Positions 42,699-52,744 of a stretch of DNA of 64,000 bases are shown piece after piece. A program made the translations under genes and the position numbers. The DNA lies in the NCBI GenBank assembly GCA_963667175.2, contig CAXXXF010000004.1, forward strand, positions 96,001 to 160,000, read 5' to 3'. The stretch comes from Candidatus Latescibacterota bacterium (GTDB lineage Bacteria > Latescibacterota > UBA2968 > GCA-2709665). How positions within the stretch are numbered: position 1 is the first letter of the stretch; each line of letters starts with the position of its first letter. Under the pieces are notes generated by a model. The model made no database searches. It saw only the letters and a program-made list of their open reading frames with translations, and was not told the DNA's origin.

Positions 42699-43136
42699 AA
42701 GATTGTCGTTCAATCAGCGCGTGGCGGGAAGGCTCATAATCGACGTGCGCGGGGATATACACCTCATGATAAACAAAAGCCGTCACGCCAGCGAGAAAGT
42801 CATGCAGCGGGGCGCGGACCTCCCGTGTGACGTGGTCGACGGCGGAAAGGCGGGCAACCACAAGGGTTGCCCCTACAATTGCGGCTGTGCGGCACCGAGG
42901 ACCGAACCACATTGCGCTACAATGTCCGTATATGTCTGTTCTGGTTCGGCACGATGGGCACCGGGCGCGGGTCAAAACCTGGAGAACCGGACAAATAGGT
43001 CATAATTTCCTCTATAAATACAAAATTATTAAAGATATTTCTATTAATATCTGTTGTTTGATTGTATGAAATGGGTTACATTTTTGTATCGCACATGACC
43101 ACCTGCAACTGGATTACCGACTGCAAGGAGACAAAA

Positions 43137-44141
43137 ATGAAAATCGACGCTGATCGCCTTCGAACGCTCCGCAAACGAAAGAAACTGTCGCGCCCCGATC
43201 TTCATCGGGCTTCCGGAATCACTGTACGGACGATCCAACGCCTGGAAAACGATCCGGATGCATGCAAAACGACGCGAGAAGACACGGTGACGCGTCTCGC
43301 AAACGCGCTCGACCTCGAACCGGGCGTACTCACAGGCGAGTTAACCCTGCCTGACGCCGAGAAGGCGCCAGTCGCCGAGCCGTATTCGGTCCGCATCGGC
43401 GCTGAGATCGAACCCAGTGTCCGCCTGGCGTACGATCTCATCAAACGCCGATATGGCGTCAACACCACGGATTTGATCACCATGGCGCCGCTGTTCTGCG
43501 TGCTTCTGGCCGAGGGCAGCCTCGCGTGGCGGCGTGAGAAATCGGAAGAAGCGCGGGAAGCGAGCAGGCAATTGAATCAGGTCGACGGGTACTGGTGGGG
43601 AGGTCTAACCACTGGCCTTGACGGTGCCGTGTACCATGGGATCGCGCGGGAAGAAGAATCCATCCGCAAGGCCGATCTGTTCGGTCAACATCTACTCGAT
43701 GATCCCGATAGCAGTCTTGTAGATCGTAGCTTCTTCGATCCCGAGGAAGAAAACCCGTTCGCAGACTATTTGCGCAAACTGGCTGACGAACTCGCCGTCC
43801 CAGACATCGTCAAGGTGGATGTAGGCGAACTGGATGTCGAACTGGACTTCAGGTTCCCCAAGTACAAGGTCTGGCCAGAGGAGCTTTCCTATATCGTCAA
43901 CGGGTCTCCGAAATGCAGCTTAGCCTTTGAACTTGGCCTCTTGCGAGTGTCCGAAATCCCCGATGATTTGATGGCGGGCGGCATGGATAAGGAGCGTCAA
44001 GAGTGGATTGAAGACAGAATACCCGAGAAACTCAAAGATTCGAAGAACGAGATTTTCGCGCCAGTCTTCGAACTAATGGAAAAGTTGGAAGCATCTCAAT
44101 CGACCAGTTCTGAAACCGAAGAGGAAGGAGAGGGCCAATGA
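43137..44141 (+). CDS. XRE/Cro HTH protein with a long C-terminal domain
   Basis: LRTLRKRKKLSRPDLHRASGITVRTIQRLE...LANAL; RBS aaggag; AT-rich upstream region. Confidence 0.8.
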   Translation: MKIDADRLRTLRKRKKLSRPDLHRASGITVRTIQRLENDPDACKTTREDTVTRLANALDLEPGVLTGELTLPDAEKAPVAEPYSVRIGAEIEPSVRLAYDLIKRRYGVNTTDLITMAPLFCVLLAEGSLAWRREKSEEAREASRQLNQVDGYWWGGLTTGLDGAVYHGIAREEESIRKADLFGQHLLDDPDSSLVDRSFFDPEEENPFADYLRKLADELAVPDIVKVDVGELDVELDFRFPKYKVWPEELSYIVNGSPKCSLAFELGLLRVSEIPDDLMAGGMDKERQEWIEDRIPEKLKDSKNEIFAPVFELMEKLEASQSTSSETEEEGEGQ

Positions 44142-44374
44142 GCGATATAATCTACACCCGCCACGCCCAGACGCGCACACAGCAGCGGGGCATTCGCGGA
44201 AGAGATATCCGGCTCATTCAGGAACTCGGTACGCCCGTCGACGCGGATACGTGGCTGATGCGGTGGGGCGATATCTACACCTTGCAGTCTGCTGACGCAC
44301 AGGCTAAAGGTAAACGCATCTTGCGTAAAATCATCACACTGCAAGGTCTAATGAACATCAGATCGACAGTCTGA
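44138..44374 (+). CDS. DUF4258-like small protein (possibly 3'-altered)
   Basis: YTRHAQTRTQQRGI motif; ATGA coupling to the XRE gene. Confidence 0.6.
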   Translation: MSDIIYTRHAQTRTQQRGIRGRDIRLIQELGTPVDADTWLMRWGDIYTLQSADAQAKGKRILRKIITLQGLMNIRSTV

Positions 44375-44496
44375 CGCAGTCGAGTAAGGTAGATTCACAA
44401 AGGGCTGAAGTTCGCTATTCGTAAATGGTTCAGGGAGGTCGTTGAAGTCATCAGCCAGGGCAGTTTGGGAGCATTTCGACCTGTGGAGGCGCCATT

Positions 44497-44778
44497 ATGA
44501 AATTATCGGATATCTTAAGAGACAAATTTGGTGATGAAACACAACACTTGTGTCCGAATTGCCTTGAGGCCACCCCGTTAAGGACAAATGCAGTCAGTGC
44601 CTGGAAGGCTTACTTGATCGGAAAATCACCGGTCAAACCGACCAAGTATCACCATTACTGCTCAAAGTGCCATAACGCTCAACCCGATCACTCCCCCCTT
44701 GAGGGGGAGTCGGCGAGACGCGGGCGTCAGCCTGCCGTCGCGCCGGTGGGGGGTCTGCACAGTACCGCCTCGGTGTGA
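44497..44778 (+). pseudogene. Zn-ribbon hypothetical protein running into a REP element
   Basis: RBS ggagg; CPNC...CSKC; the frame enters the REP palindrome at 44687. Confidence 0.4.
44687..44754 (+). repeat. REP-like element (CACTCCCCCCTTGAGGGGGAGTC family)
   Basis: atcactccccccttgagggggagtcgg...gtggggggt. Confidence 0.8.
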
Positions 44779-45017
44779 TGCGCGCAGTCGGCCAGGGCGT
44801 GCAGCAATCCGATGCACAGGCGGTCAAGTGTTCGCGGGATGTGTCTCAACGGATGAGGTTTACAGCAGGACTATGTGGCGGATTTCAGTGGTATCGCAAG
44901 GCTGCCGGGCGGAGGGATGGGATGAGCCAGTACAACCGTGATACGATGGATCCGGCGATCTAATGCTGTAAGGACCGTGCTTGTCTACCAACAGGCAGGT
45001 AGCGCAGGCACATGGGA

Positions 45018-45242
45018 TTAATCGATCAGCGACTTTACGAGCGGAATGGCGACGCAGGCCAGCACAATGCCAAGCATCCACTTCAAAAGCCTGATGTCGC
45101 CTTCGATGTTCTGCAGGCGGGGCTCGATTCCCGTCAGGCAGTGTTTGAAGTCTGCGATTTCTTCCGCGGCCTCTCGGGCAGGAGTGTCAGGCGTGCCCGC
45201 GGCGACGAAGGCTGCGTAGGTTTTGGACAGCATGATCGGCAC
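45018..45242 (-). CDS. Small coiled-coil membrane-anchored protein (DUF1640/CCDC90-like)
   Basis: AFVAAGTPDTPAREAAEEIA...IEGDIRLLKWMLGIVLA. Confidence 0.55.
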   Translation of the reverse strand: MPIMLSKTYAAFVAAGTPDTPAREAAEEIADFKHCLTGIEPRLQNIEGDIRLLKWMLGIVLACVAIPLVKSLID

Positions 45243-45497
45243 TATGCAGCCTTTTAGTTGTGGGTTTTAGGCTCACCTGCTTACAACCAGGTGTGTCGAG
45301 TGTTTCATTGAGGCCGCATGCCTGCAAAAGCGTCGTGACCGAATGATCTCGGAAATATCGGTTTAAGGCAAGACAAAAAACGACGGTAAGACGGTTTCAT
45401 TAAGGCCGACTGCCTGGTCGTGTACGCATTGGCAGCGCGACGAGCAAGACAGAAGGGGTACCTGTAACCTCAGTTGATCAACGACACCAACCGACCG

Positions 45498-45620
45498 TAG
45501 CGCAAACTGTCAGTTTGCGCAATGCGAGGGACGGCCGTCACCTTACCATCACTCCCCTGGGAGCGCCTGCCTGGCAGCAGACAGGGGCACGGCAGACAGG
45601 CGGGCGTCCCGCCCGCATCG
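45498..45620 (+). repeat. GTAG-REP plus CCTGGGAGCG-REP cluster (homologous to 61139-61220)
   Basis: gtagcgcaaactgtcagtttgcgc...cactcccctgggagcg[insert]cgggcgtcccgcccgca. Confidence 0.75.
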
Positions 45621-45800
45621 GGTCTGTTGCCGGAACGGACGTATCCGACCGAAATGAAGGCATCCTGGGGCACCAGGAAAATCGTACAGAACGGGAATCA
45701 CGCTGGTTCAACTGTTCGACATGTTCCCTAGCGCGGCTTCGCTATGCTCAGCCGCAATCAAATAGCTGGTAGTGAACGCGCCGACCCGTTCAACAGTGGT

Positions 45801-46016
45801 ATCACTCCCACCTTGAGGGGAATCGCCTGCCTGCGCCAAGCGGAGCGCGGCAGGCAGGCAGAAGCCGAGCCGGATCCGGAGCTTTCGGTCCCTGAGCCTG
45901 TCGAAGGGTCTAAAGGCCTGCGCCGGCTGATGCGGAGGCGGAATTTCAATGCCTCTCGTCAGTTGGGAGGATGAAGAAACATGAACGCATTCTGCGTAGA
46001 AGTCTTACTGTAAGAC
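45801..46016 (+). repeat. REP-like element homologous to 15424-15584, with nested inserts
   Basis: atcactcccaccttgaggggaatcg[insert]cagaagccgagccgg...gaagaaacatgaacgca...ttactgta. Confidence 0.75.
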
Positions 46017-46886
46017 TCTAATGACGAGGTTGCAGAGCAATGGTTCATCGAACAACGCTGGCCGGACTGAATCACATGCCCACACTGTGGGAGCGCCCGC
46101 GTCAAGCGCAACGGCGGCCATCCTACCATGCCGTTTCACTGCAAGGACTGTCGCCAGTTCTTTTCCACGAAGACCGGTTCCGTCATGCATTCCTCAAAGG
46201 TCGGTTATCGCAAGTGGGCGATTGCCATTTACCTGTTTTCCGTTGGACTGAAGGGTACTTCATCGATGAAGTTGCACCGCGACATAGGCGTAACGCAAAA
46301 GACCGCCTGGCACAGGGCCCTCAGAATCCGTGAGGCATGGGATGAAGACAAGGGGCTGTTCGCCGGGCCTGTTGAAATCGATGAAACGTACATCGACGGC
46401 AAGGAAAAGAACAAGCATGCGAAGGACAAGCTTAACGCCGGACGTGGTACCGTAGGAAAGACCGCAGTTGTCGGCGCGAGGGATCGGGAGACGAACGATA
46501 TCGACGCGGAAGTCACCGAAAAGGTTTACGGAAAGACGCTGAAAAACTTTGTCGAACGCCATGCCGACAAAGGGTCAGACGTATACACGGACGACGCTAC
46601 GGCCTACCAGGAAATGACAAACGTACGACACCGTACCGTCAAACATTCGTCCGGGCAATACGTCCATTATAACGTTCATACCAACGGTATCGAGTCGTTC
46701 TGGAGTATGTTCAAACGCGGCTTTTATGGGACGTATCACAAGATGGGCGTTCAACACTTGCAACGATACATCAATGAGTTTGTCGGCAGGCACAACGTCC
46801 GTGAACTGGACACTGCCGAGCAGATGGGCCGTGTTGTGACGGGAATGGTGGGCAAGCGGCTGAGGTATCAGGATTTGGTGGGCTGA
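46017..46886 (+). pseudogene. IS1595 family transposase, 5'-truncated with a nonsense codon
   Basis: AEQWFIEQRWPD*ITCPHCG Zn ribbon (TGA 46068-46070), VEIDETY, VYTDD, HTNGIESFWS, HLQRYINEF. Confidence 0.88.
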
Positions 46887-47197
46887 TTTTTAGAAGTGCG
46901 TCTCGCATGCTTGTTTTCAATTTCTCTTTCCGCTTCTTTCCTGCCCTCTTCCTTGCCGTCTGCGAACCCTCTCTGATAATTTCTCTTTCTCACCCAGTCT
47001 GTAATTCCACCTAACATGTCCTTTGCCTCCACTACGAAATAAGCCGTAGTTATAACAAATACGGCTAATGGAATTACGTTCTTGGCCATTTCGACCAGAC
47101 TTTTTTGAAATGGCCTCTCAACAAGCAACGCCGCCACAAACGCAAGGACAGAGAACCCGTTGAATAGGGCCCGATCCCCGGCCTTAACCTGAATTAT
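46868..47197 (-). CDS. Hypothetical membrane protein abutting the intron 5' end (start lost or disrupted)
   Basis: Open frame IIQVKAGDRALFNGFSVLAFVAALL...GFADGKEEGRKEAERE runs up to the intron boundary. Confidence 0.45.
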   Translation of the reverse strand: MIQVKAGDRALFNGFSVLAFVAALLVERPFQKSLVEMAKNVIPLAVFVITTAYFVVEAKDMLGGITDWVRKRNYQRGFADGKEEGRKEAEREIENKHARRTSKNQPTKS

Positions 47198-47200
47198 TCA

Positions 47201-49176
47201 GTGCGCCGTGAAAAGGCGCGGAACTTCAGTGGGTGAGAGTCCCACCCGACAAGTGTTGCCACAGTCGGTAGCAATCGGAGCGGGGACGTAGGAAACGACA
47301 TCTCCGAAGCCTCCGGTGTAGAGGGTCGCAAGGCGACTTGGCGAGTATGCGGGCCGAAACGTGAGTGAACGCTGCGCAGGCCTCGAAAAGGGTAATGCGG
47401 GAGCCGACCCGCCTGAATTTCGGGGAAGGCCGCCGTCGTTGGGGAAGCAGGCAACGCGAGCACCCAACGGTCCCGCCGGGGTAGTGGCGGAGGCACGTAT
47501 ACAAGGAGTTCCGACGCAACACGGGAAGCCCCAGGCGGTGGTGGAGACACCAACCGGCAGCCCGTGAGGGTCAGGCCGGGCCGCGTGGGGTGGCGGAGAG
47601 GCCCGTAGTACCTGAGAAGCCGGGTAATGCCGGCGGAGGAAAGGGGCCTTGGTTCAAGGGCAACGTCAAAGGAGCGAGAGCCTGGAGATTGGTATGAGCC
47701 TAAGACCTCCGGAAAAGGTTCGGAAGTTGCAGAGGACGTTGCATGCCAAAGCGAAGGAATCGCCCGGCTACCGATTCTACGCGCTGTATGACAAGGTGTA
47801 TCGCGAGGACATCCTGCTTTATGCGTACCGCTGCTGCAAGGCCAACGGCGGCGCGGCGGGCGTGGACGGCGAGACGTTTGCGGATATCGAGTCATATGGG
47901 CAAAAGCGGTGGTTAGGCGAACTGTCGGAAGCCGTAAGGAGCAAATCGTATCGGGTGTCTCCGATCCGTCGGGTGTATATCCCCAAGCCGAACGGGAAGC
48001 AAAGGCCGCTGGGCATCCCGACGGTGAAAGATCGGGTGGTGCAAACCGCGGCGATGCTGGTATTGGAGCCGATCTTTGAGGCGGACCTGCCAGCGGCGCA
48101 GTATGCGTACCGTCCGAAACGGAGTGCGCACGACGCCATCAGGGCGGTTCACAGTCTGGTGAGCCGTGGCCATACGCAGGTGATCGACGCGGACTTGAGC
48201 GGTTACTTTGACACGATCCCGCATGCCGAGCTGATGAAATGTGTGGCGCGTCGCATCAGTGACGGGCGTATGCTGGGCCTGGTCAAGCTGTGGCTGACCG
48301 CGCCGATTGAGGAGACCGACAAGCGGGGCCGCAAACGTCGAACGACGCCGAACAAGGATCAGGGAAGGGGGACACCGCAAGGCGCCCCGATCTCGCCCCT
48401 GCTGGCGAACCTGTATATGCGGCGGTTCATTCTGGGATGGCAGGTTCGGGGACATCAGCAACGCCTGAAGGCTCATATTGTCAACTACGCGGACGATTTT
48501 GTGATCTGCTGTCGCGGCACCGCAAAAGAAGCGATGCGCGCGATGCGATCCATTATGAAGGCGCTCAAGTTGACGGTGAACGAGCAGAAGACGGGCATAT
48601 GCACGCTTCCTGAAGGACGATTTGACTTTCTGGGCTACACCATCGAACGCTGTTACTCACCAAAGACGGGAAAGGCCTATATCGGCACGCGCCCGTCAAA
48701 GAAGGCCATCCGGCACATCTGCCGGGCCATCAGCGAGGCAACGGCGCGGCGGTGGCTGCTGAAAGACCATCAAGAACGGATTGCCCACCTGAACCGAAAG
48801 CTAACAGGGTGGGGCAACTACTTCCGTCTTGGTCCGGTCAGCAAAGCCTACCGGAGTGTGGACAGCCACACCCGGCAACGGCTCCGCTGGTGGTTGTGCA
48901 ACAAGTACCGAATACCGGGAAAGGGGACGTCCCGTCTCCCTGACGAGGTCCTCTACAATACGTTGGGCCTGACCCGGCTGGAGGTGCAGACGCACAACCT
49001 TCCGTGGGCGAACGCATGACTCCTTGTCCGAGAGCCGGATGCGGTAAATCCGCACGTCCGGTTCGATGAGCGGGACGTGGAAACGGAACGCGGAGCGGCT
49101 ATTGAGGCACCGCCAGACGAAAGGGGCGGAAACAGATAGGCCTCTCCTACACCACCGCGCCACCTCTCGACTCTAC
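47201..49176 (+). mobile_element. Group II intron (complete)
   Basis: 5' GTGCG at 47201; domain V gagagccggatgcggtaaatccgcacgtccggttcgatgag at about 49030-49070; 3' end ...ctcgactctac at 49176; internal RT ORF. Confidence 0.92.
47694..49019 (+). CDS. ltrA: Group II intron reverse transcriptase/maturase (no En domain)
   Basis: GAAGVDG, IPKPNGKQRPLGIPTVKDR, DADLSGYFD, GTPQGAPISP, YADD, FDFLG, GWGNYF. Confidence 0.95.
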   Translation: MSLRPPEKVRKLQRTLHAKAKESPGYRFYALYDKVYREDILLYAYRCCKANGGAAGVDGETFADIESYGQKRWLGELSEAVRSKSYRVSPIRRVYIPKPNGKQRPLGIPTVKDRVVQTAAMLVLEPIFEADLPAAQYAYRPKRSAHDAIRAVHSLVSRGHTQVIDADLSGYFDTIPHAELMKCVARRISDGRMLGLVKLWLTAPIEETDKRGRKRRTTPNKDQGRGTPQGAPISPLLANLYMRRFILGWQVRGHQQRLKAHIVNYADDFVICCRGTAKEAMRAMRSIMKALKLTVNEQKTGICTLPEGRFDFLGYTIERCYSPKTGKAYIGTRPSKKAIRHICRAISEATARRWLLKDHQERIAHLNRKLTGWGNYFRLGPVSKAYRSVDSHTRQRLRWWLCNKYRIPGKGTSRLPDEVLYNTLGLTRLEVQTHNLPWANA

Positions 49177-50134
49177 TGAAAACCGGTGGAAATTTCGTGT
49201 AATCGGTTGATTTCCAATAACATGAGTGGAGAATATAACGAAAACCTTGATTCGTCCAAAATCGAATTGGCCGGAGTCATGTTGGGGTGTCGGGCTGACG
49301 TGCAACATTGTGGTTTTGCGCCTCTTGTGGCAACTGATTTCAGCCACGGATTTTTCGTTTTTTTCGCGTGTTTCGTAGTTTCTGATGTTGGTTTTCTCGT
49401 GCCTTTCTCGCGATTTTAGGTTCTCATCCTGTCCATCCATGTTTGTTCCGTTTCATGAATTAATGGGGTTAAACCATTCGCGATCAATGAGAATTGCATA
49501 TCTATTGGGAAAACTCATGCATCTAACACCTTATAACCGGTTGGCCCCCGCATTACGTGCATGCCACAAAACCCCAGATGCGTCCATCTGGGCTCGGCAT
49601 GGCTTTGGATGGGTAACGTAACGCGGGGGCCTAGATTTCCAAAAGTGGCTCCAGTTGTGACAAATTTAGACAATGGCGGTACATTTGTCAAGGCGGAATC
49701 CAGTAACAGGCGCGAGGGTATCATCCGACGCGAGCAGAAGATGCTTTGCCAATCCGGCGGCTTCCTCGCACGACGGTCCGGGCGATTCGGACTACCTGCC
49801 TCGTTACGACCAGTCTCCCCCTGGGAGCGCCTGCCTGTGCGTGTAGCATGCACGCAGACAGGCGGGCGTCTCGCCCGCATCGGCTTTTTTCCCGGGAACG
49901 AGGGCATCCTGCCCTCGACAGAGAGAGAATACGATCGGCCGCGACTTGTCAAAGACGCCGGCGCAGATTGTCGTGCCGGTCGGGGTAATGGAGAATCCGC
50001 GATCGATGCGATACGCAGTCGCGTTACTTTAGCGATGATCTGCTTATCGAGCGGAGCAGCGAAAAGACAATACATAATTCAGCGAAGAAAAGGGTTCGCA
50101 ACATCCCCGAAGCGCACCAAGGAGGTTGATTCCG

Positions 50135-50863
50135 ATGAAGAACCCGCGCGATGAACTTCGGTGCTATCTCAAGAAGCTCATTTATCGCTATCTCAATATC
50201 AAGAGCCTGGACCAGCAACTCAAAAGCATTGTGGCATGGAACTCGAACTCACAGTCGCTTGACAACATTGAAGCCTTCAACCGTGGTCACTATTTCTTCC
50301 AGCATGCCACGTACAGTATATGGCGGATTTTTCTCGTCGAGTTGTCAATGTTCCTTTCGCAGACAGAGCAAAGGTCGCTCCGCGACTGGTTGAAGAAGGC
50401 GCGAGAACACGCCGAATCAATGAAGCCAACAGGTGACTATACAACGCATTCAGTAATCCCGCAAATGAAGCCCAAAACGTATCGCGCCATAATAGATGAC
50501 CATATCGCCCAACTGAACGCCCAAAACACGGTCACAAACAAAATCAAGGCACACAGAGACAAGGCAATAGTCCATTTGGACAAGAAGTACCTCGATAGTT
50601 CGGGATCAATTGCAAGCGACTATCCGTTACAAGACCCTGAAATTGACGGTCTCATGGAGATTATGGACGGCATCTTGGGAAAGCACTACAGATGTCTTCT
50701 GGGTGCAAGTGTAAACCTGAAAGTCCAGAGCGTACAGAACCTTGATACGCTATTAACACACGCGCGGGCGTGGATGCGGGTACGTCGCGATTTCAGCCTC
50801 ATTAAAAAAGGCTTCCGACCTGTCGACTATGTGCGGGACGACTACAAGCCGAAAAATCGATGA
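50135..50863 (+). CDS. HEPN domain protein, AbiU2-like, copy 1
   Basis: Helical protein with KIKAHRDKAIVHLD (Rx4H); RBS aggagg; paralog of 61391-62116. Confidence 0.7.
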   Translation: MKNPRDELRCYLKKLIYRYLNIKSLDQQLKSIVAWNSNSQSLDNIEAFNRGHYFFQHATYSIWRIFLVELSMFLSQTEQRSLRDWLKKAREHAESMKPTGDYTTHSVIPQMKPKTYRAIIDDHIAQLNAQNTVTNKIKAHRDKAIVHLDKKYLDSSGSIASDYPLQDPEIDGLMEIMDGILGKHYRCLLGASVNLKVQSVQNLDTLLTHARAWMRVRRDFSLIKKGFRPVDYVRDDYKPKNR

Positions 50864-51057
50864 TGACATGCGTGACGTGAAGGATGCAACATGATCAACA
50901 GGATGGAACGGTTCGCGAACCGCCCGTGCGCCGCTGTAGGGGCGACCGCCCGGTCGCCCCTACAAATACAAAGACGGCGCGTGCCTGCAGCACAGGACGG
51001 GCAGGGCAGACAGACCGTCGCGCCGGCGGGGGACTGTGCCCAAATGGCGACCTTTCA

Positions 51058-51085
51058 CCCTGGGAGCGCGGGCGTCCCGCCCGCA
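51058..51085 (+). repeat. REP left arm CCTGGGAGCGCGGGCGTCCCGCCCGCA
   Basis: Same motif at about 45557, 49820, 61194, 62210; variant at 40171. Confidence 0.8.
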
Positions 51086-51174
51086 TCGGTTTCTTGTCGG
51101 AACGACCGAGAACCTAAAGGACTGTCGTTGATCTTCCTCTCTCGACGCCGGACGGCAATTTCAGGAGTTAGAAT

Positions 51175-51846
51175 ATGGACCAGAATGGTAAGACGCTTCC
51201 GGATGAAATACATGAAGTCGTAAATGCCCAGGAATCGGATTCCGCAGAAGACGGTTGGCTGAGCACGAATCACGAGGTCGAGACAGTTTCGGACTTTGAG
51301 ATGTTCTCCGACCAGCTTGGCCGGATCACGGATGATTCTCACCGATGGAAATGGGCTATCATCTCACTACACAGCGGATTGCAGGGAATGATGGTTCTTG
51401 CACTCGAGGGTTCAAATGGCTTGAATGTTCTTCGCAAATCCGATAAGGAGCGTTGGTTAGCGTGGTATAGGGGCGATCAAGACGATGCAACCAGGCCACG
51501 CAATCTAAGGCTCGCGTCGTTCCTTGGCCTTTACGAGAAGATTAAAGGCACGGAGATGGAAATGTACTGTCATAGCCGGAAGTTCATCCCCACAGGGACG
51601 CAGGGAAGGTCGGTCAAGGATCTGAACCGGTTAAGGAACGAATTTATCCATTTCACACCCAGGGTATGGGGACTTGACCTCGGAGGACTTCCTGCTATTG
51701 CATTGGATTGCCTTGAAATAGCGGAATTCTTGGCGTGGGAATCTGGCAATGTATTCCTCGTCAGACGAGACTTGAACGAAAGGCTAAAGACGGCGTTTAC
51801 ATCTGTCTCTGAGACCCTATCGGTGTTCCGAGAGCAGACGGAATAG
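51175..51846 (+). CDS. HEPN-like protein
   Basis: WKWAIISLHSGLQ N-terminal helix and LNRLRNEFIHF (RNxxxH). Confidence 0.62.
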   Translation: MDQNGKTLPDEIHEVVNAQESDSAEDGWLSTNHEVETVSDFEMFSDQLGRITDDSHRWKWAIISLHSGLQGMMVLALEGSNGLNVLRKSDKERWLAWYRGDQDDATRPRNLRLASFLGLYEKIKGTEMEMYCHSRKFIPTGTQGRSVKDLNRLRNEFIHFTPRVWGLDLGGLPAIALDCLEIAEFLAWESGNVFLVRRDLNERLKTAFTSVSETLSVFREQTE

Positions 51847-51892
51847 GTCTGTCAGTCCTTGTTTCAGAGGCCAAGTACGGCCGATAGCTATA

Positions 51893-51983
51893 CGATGTCT
51901 GCGCCAATATGTGGGCGACTCTGAGAGTCGCCCCTACGAATCCTAAATTGGCGCTGCGAGGGCAAGATGCCCTCGCTCCCAGG
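51893..51983. repeat. REP pair: GGCGACTCTGAGAGTCGCC hairpin and right arm TGCGAGGGCAAGATGCCCTCGCTCCCAGG
   Basis: Near-identical block at 62683-62773; the right arm is an inverted relative of the 51058 left arm. Confidence 0.8.
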
Positions 51984-52744
51984 AAACCGAAACCTTAATT
52001 GCCTACGAGTGGACTGATTTCTCGCGATTCTTAGCGATCCTTTTTCTGCAAACCGCTCCAAACCCGTATTTCTGTGTCGCTTAATCAGAAACTACCCACG
52101 ACACTTCCTGCCAGAAATAGGCGTACCTCCTATACCTGCAAACTCCATGTCGAGTTATGCAGTTCCTTCAACAAAGGGATGCCGACATGGTGTTCACACG
52201 CCATTGAAGAGGTGCGGCACGTGAGGTTTCAGCAGAAGCAGAAATGCGATTACTGGACTTGCCCTCGCGATTTCGCTCTATAGTTTCTCTCCATTCCCCA
52301 TCAGCCCCTTACTGGCCAAATACACAATGCCATTTCATGCTTTGGTATCTAAGCCTCCATCCTGTTCTCCCAAGAAGGTAGCACCGCTTCCGTGCTCGTG
52401 TCTTCACATCCCCAAACATCCACATCTGGAGAGATTTCACTTATAAATAACTGATACACGTCAAGATTCCACAGAAGCGTCACGCATTGACGTGTTATCT
52501 TTGATAAGAAAGGACCATTCGACTACTACTGCGGGGATCTAAGGGCGATCTTCAGAGCCGTAAAATTAAAGGGTGTCTTGAGTGTGGCGCAGATTGACAC
52601 AGTGAAGGGCTGCAAGCCTCGCGAGAACGACATCGTAGTCGTGAATGACATTGTCAAGCCGGGTGGCCGGTACCCAGGTAAGGTTCGCAAGTTTTCGAAT
52701 AGTGAAACGAGGGACTCATAACAGTGTCCCAGGGAAACACACGA

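Noticed and set aside
46068-46070. Selenocysteine readthrough of the TGA in the IS1595 transposase
   Set aside because: The position corresponds to the Gly of RWPDG (GGA to TGA) and the gene is also 5'-truncated, so it is a nonsense mutation.
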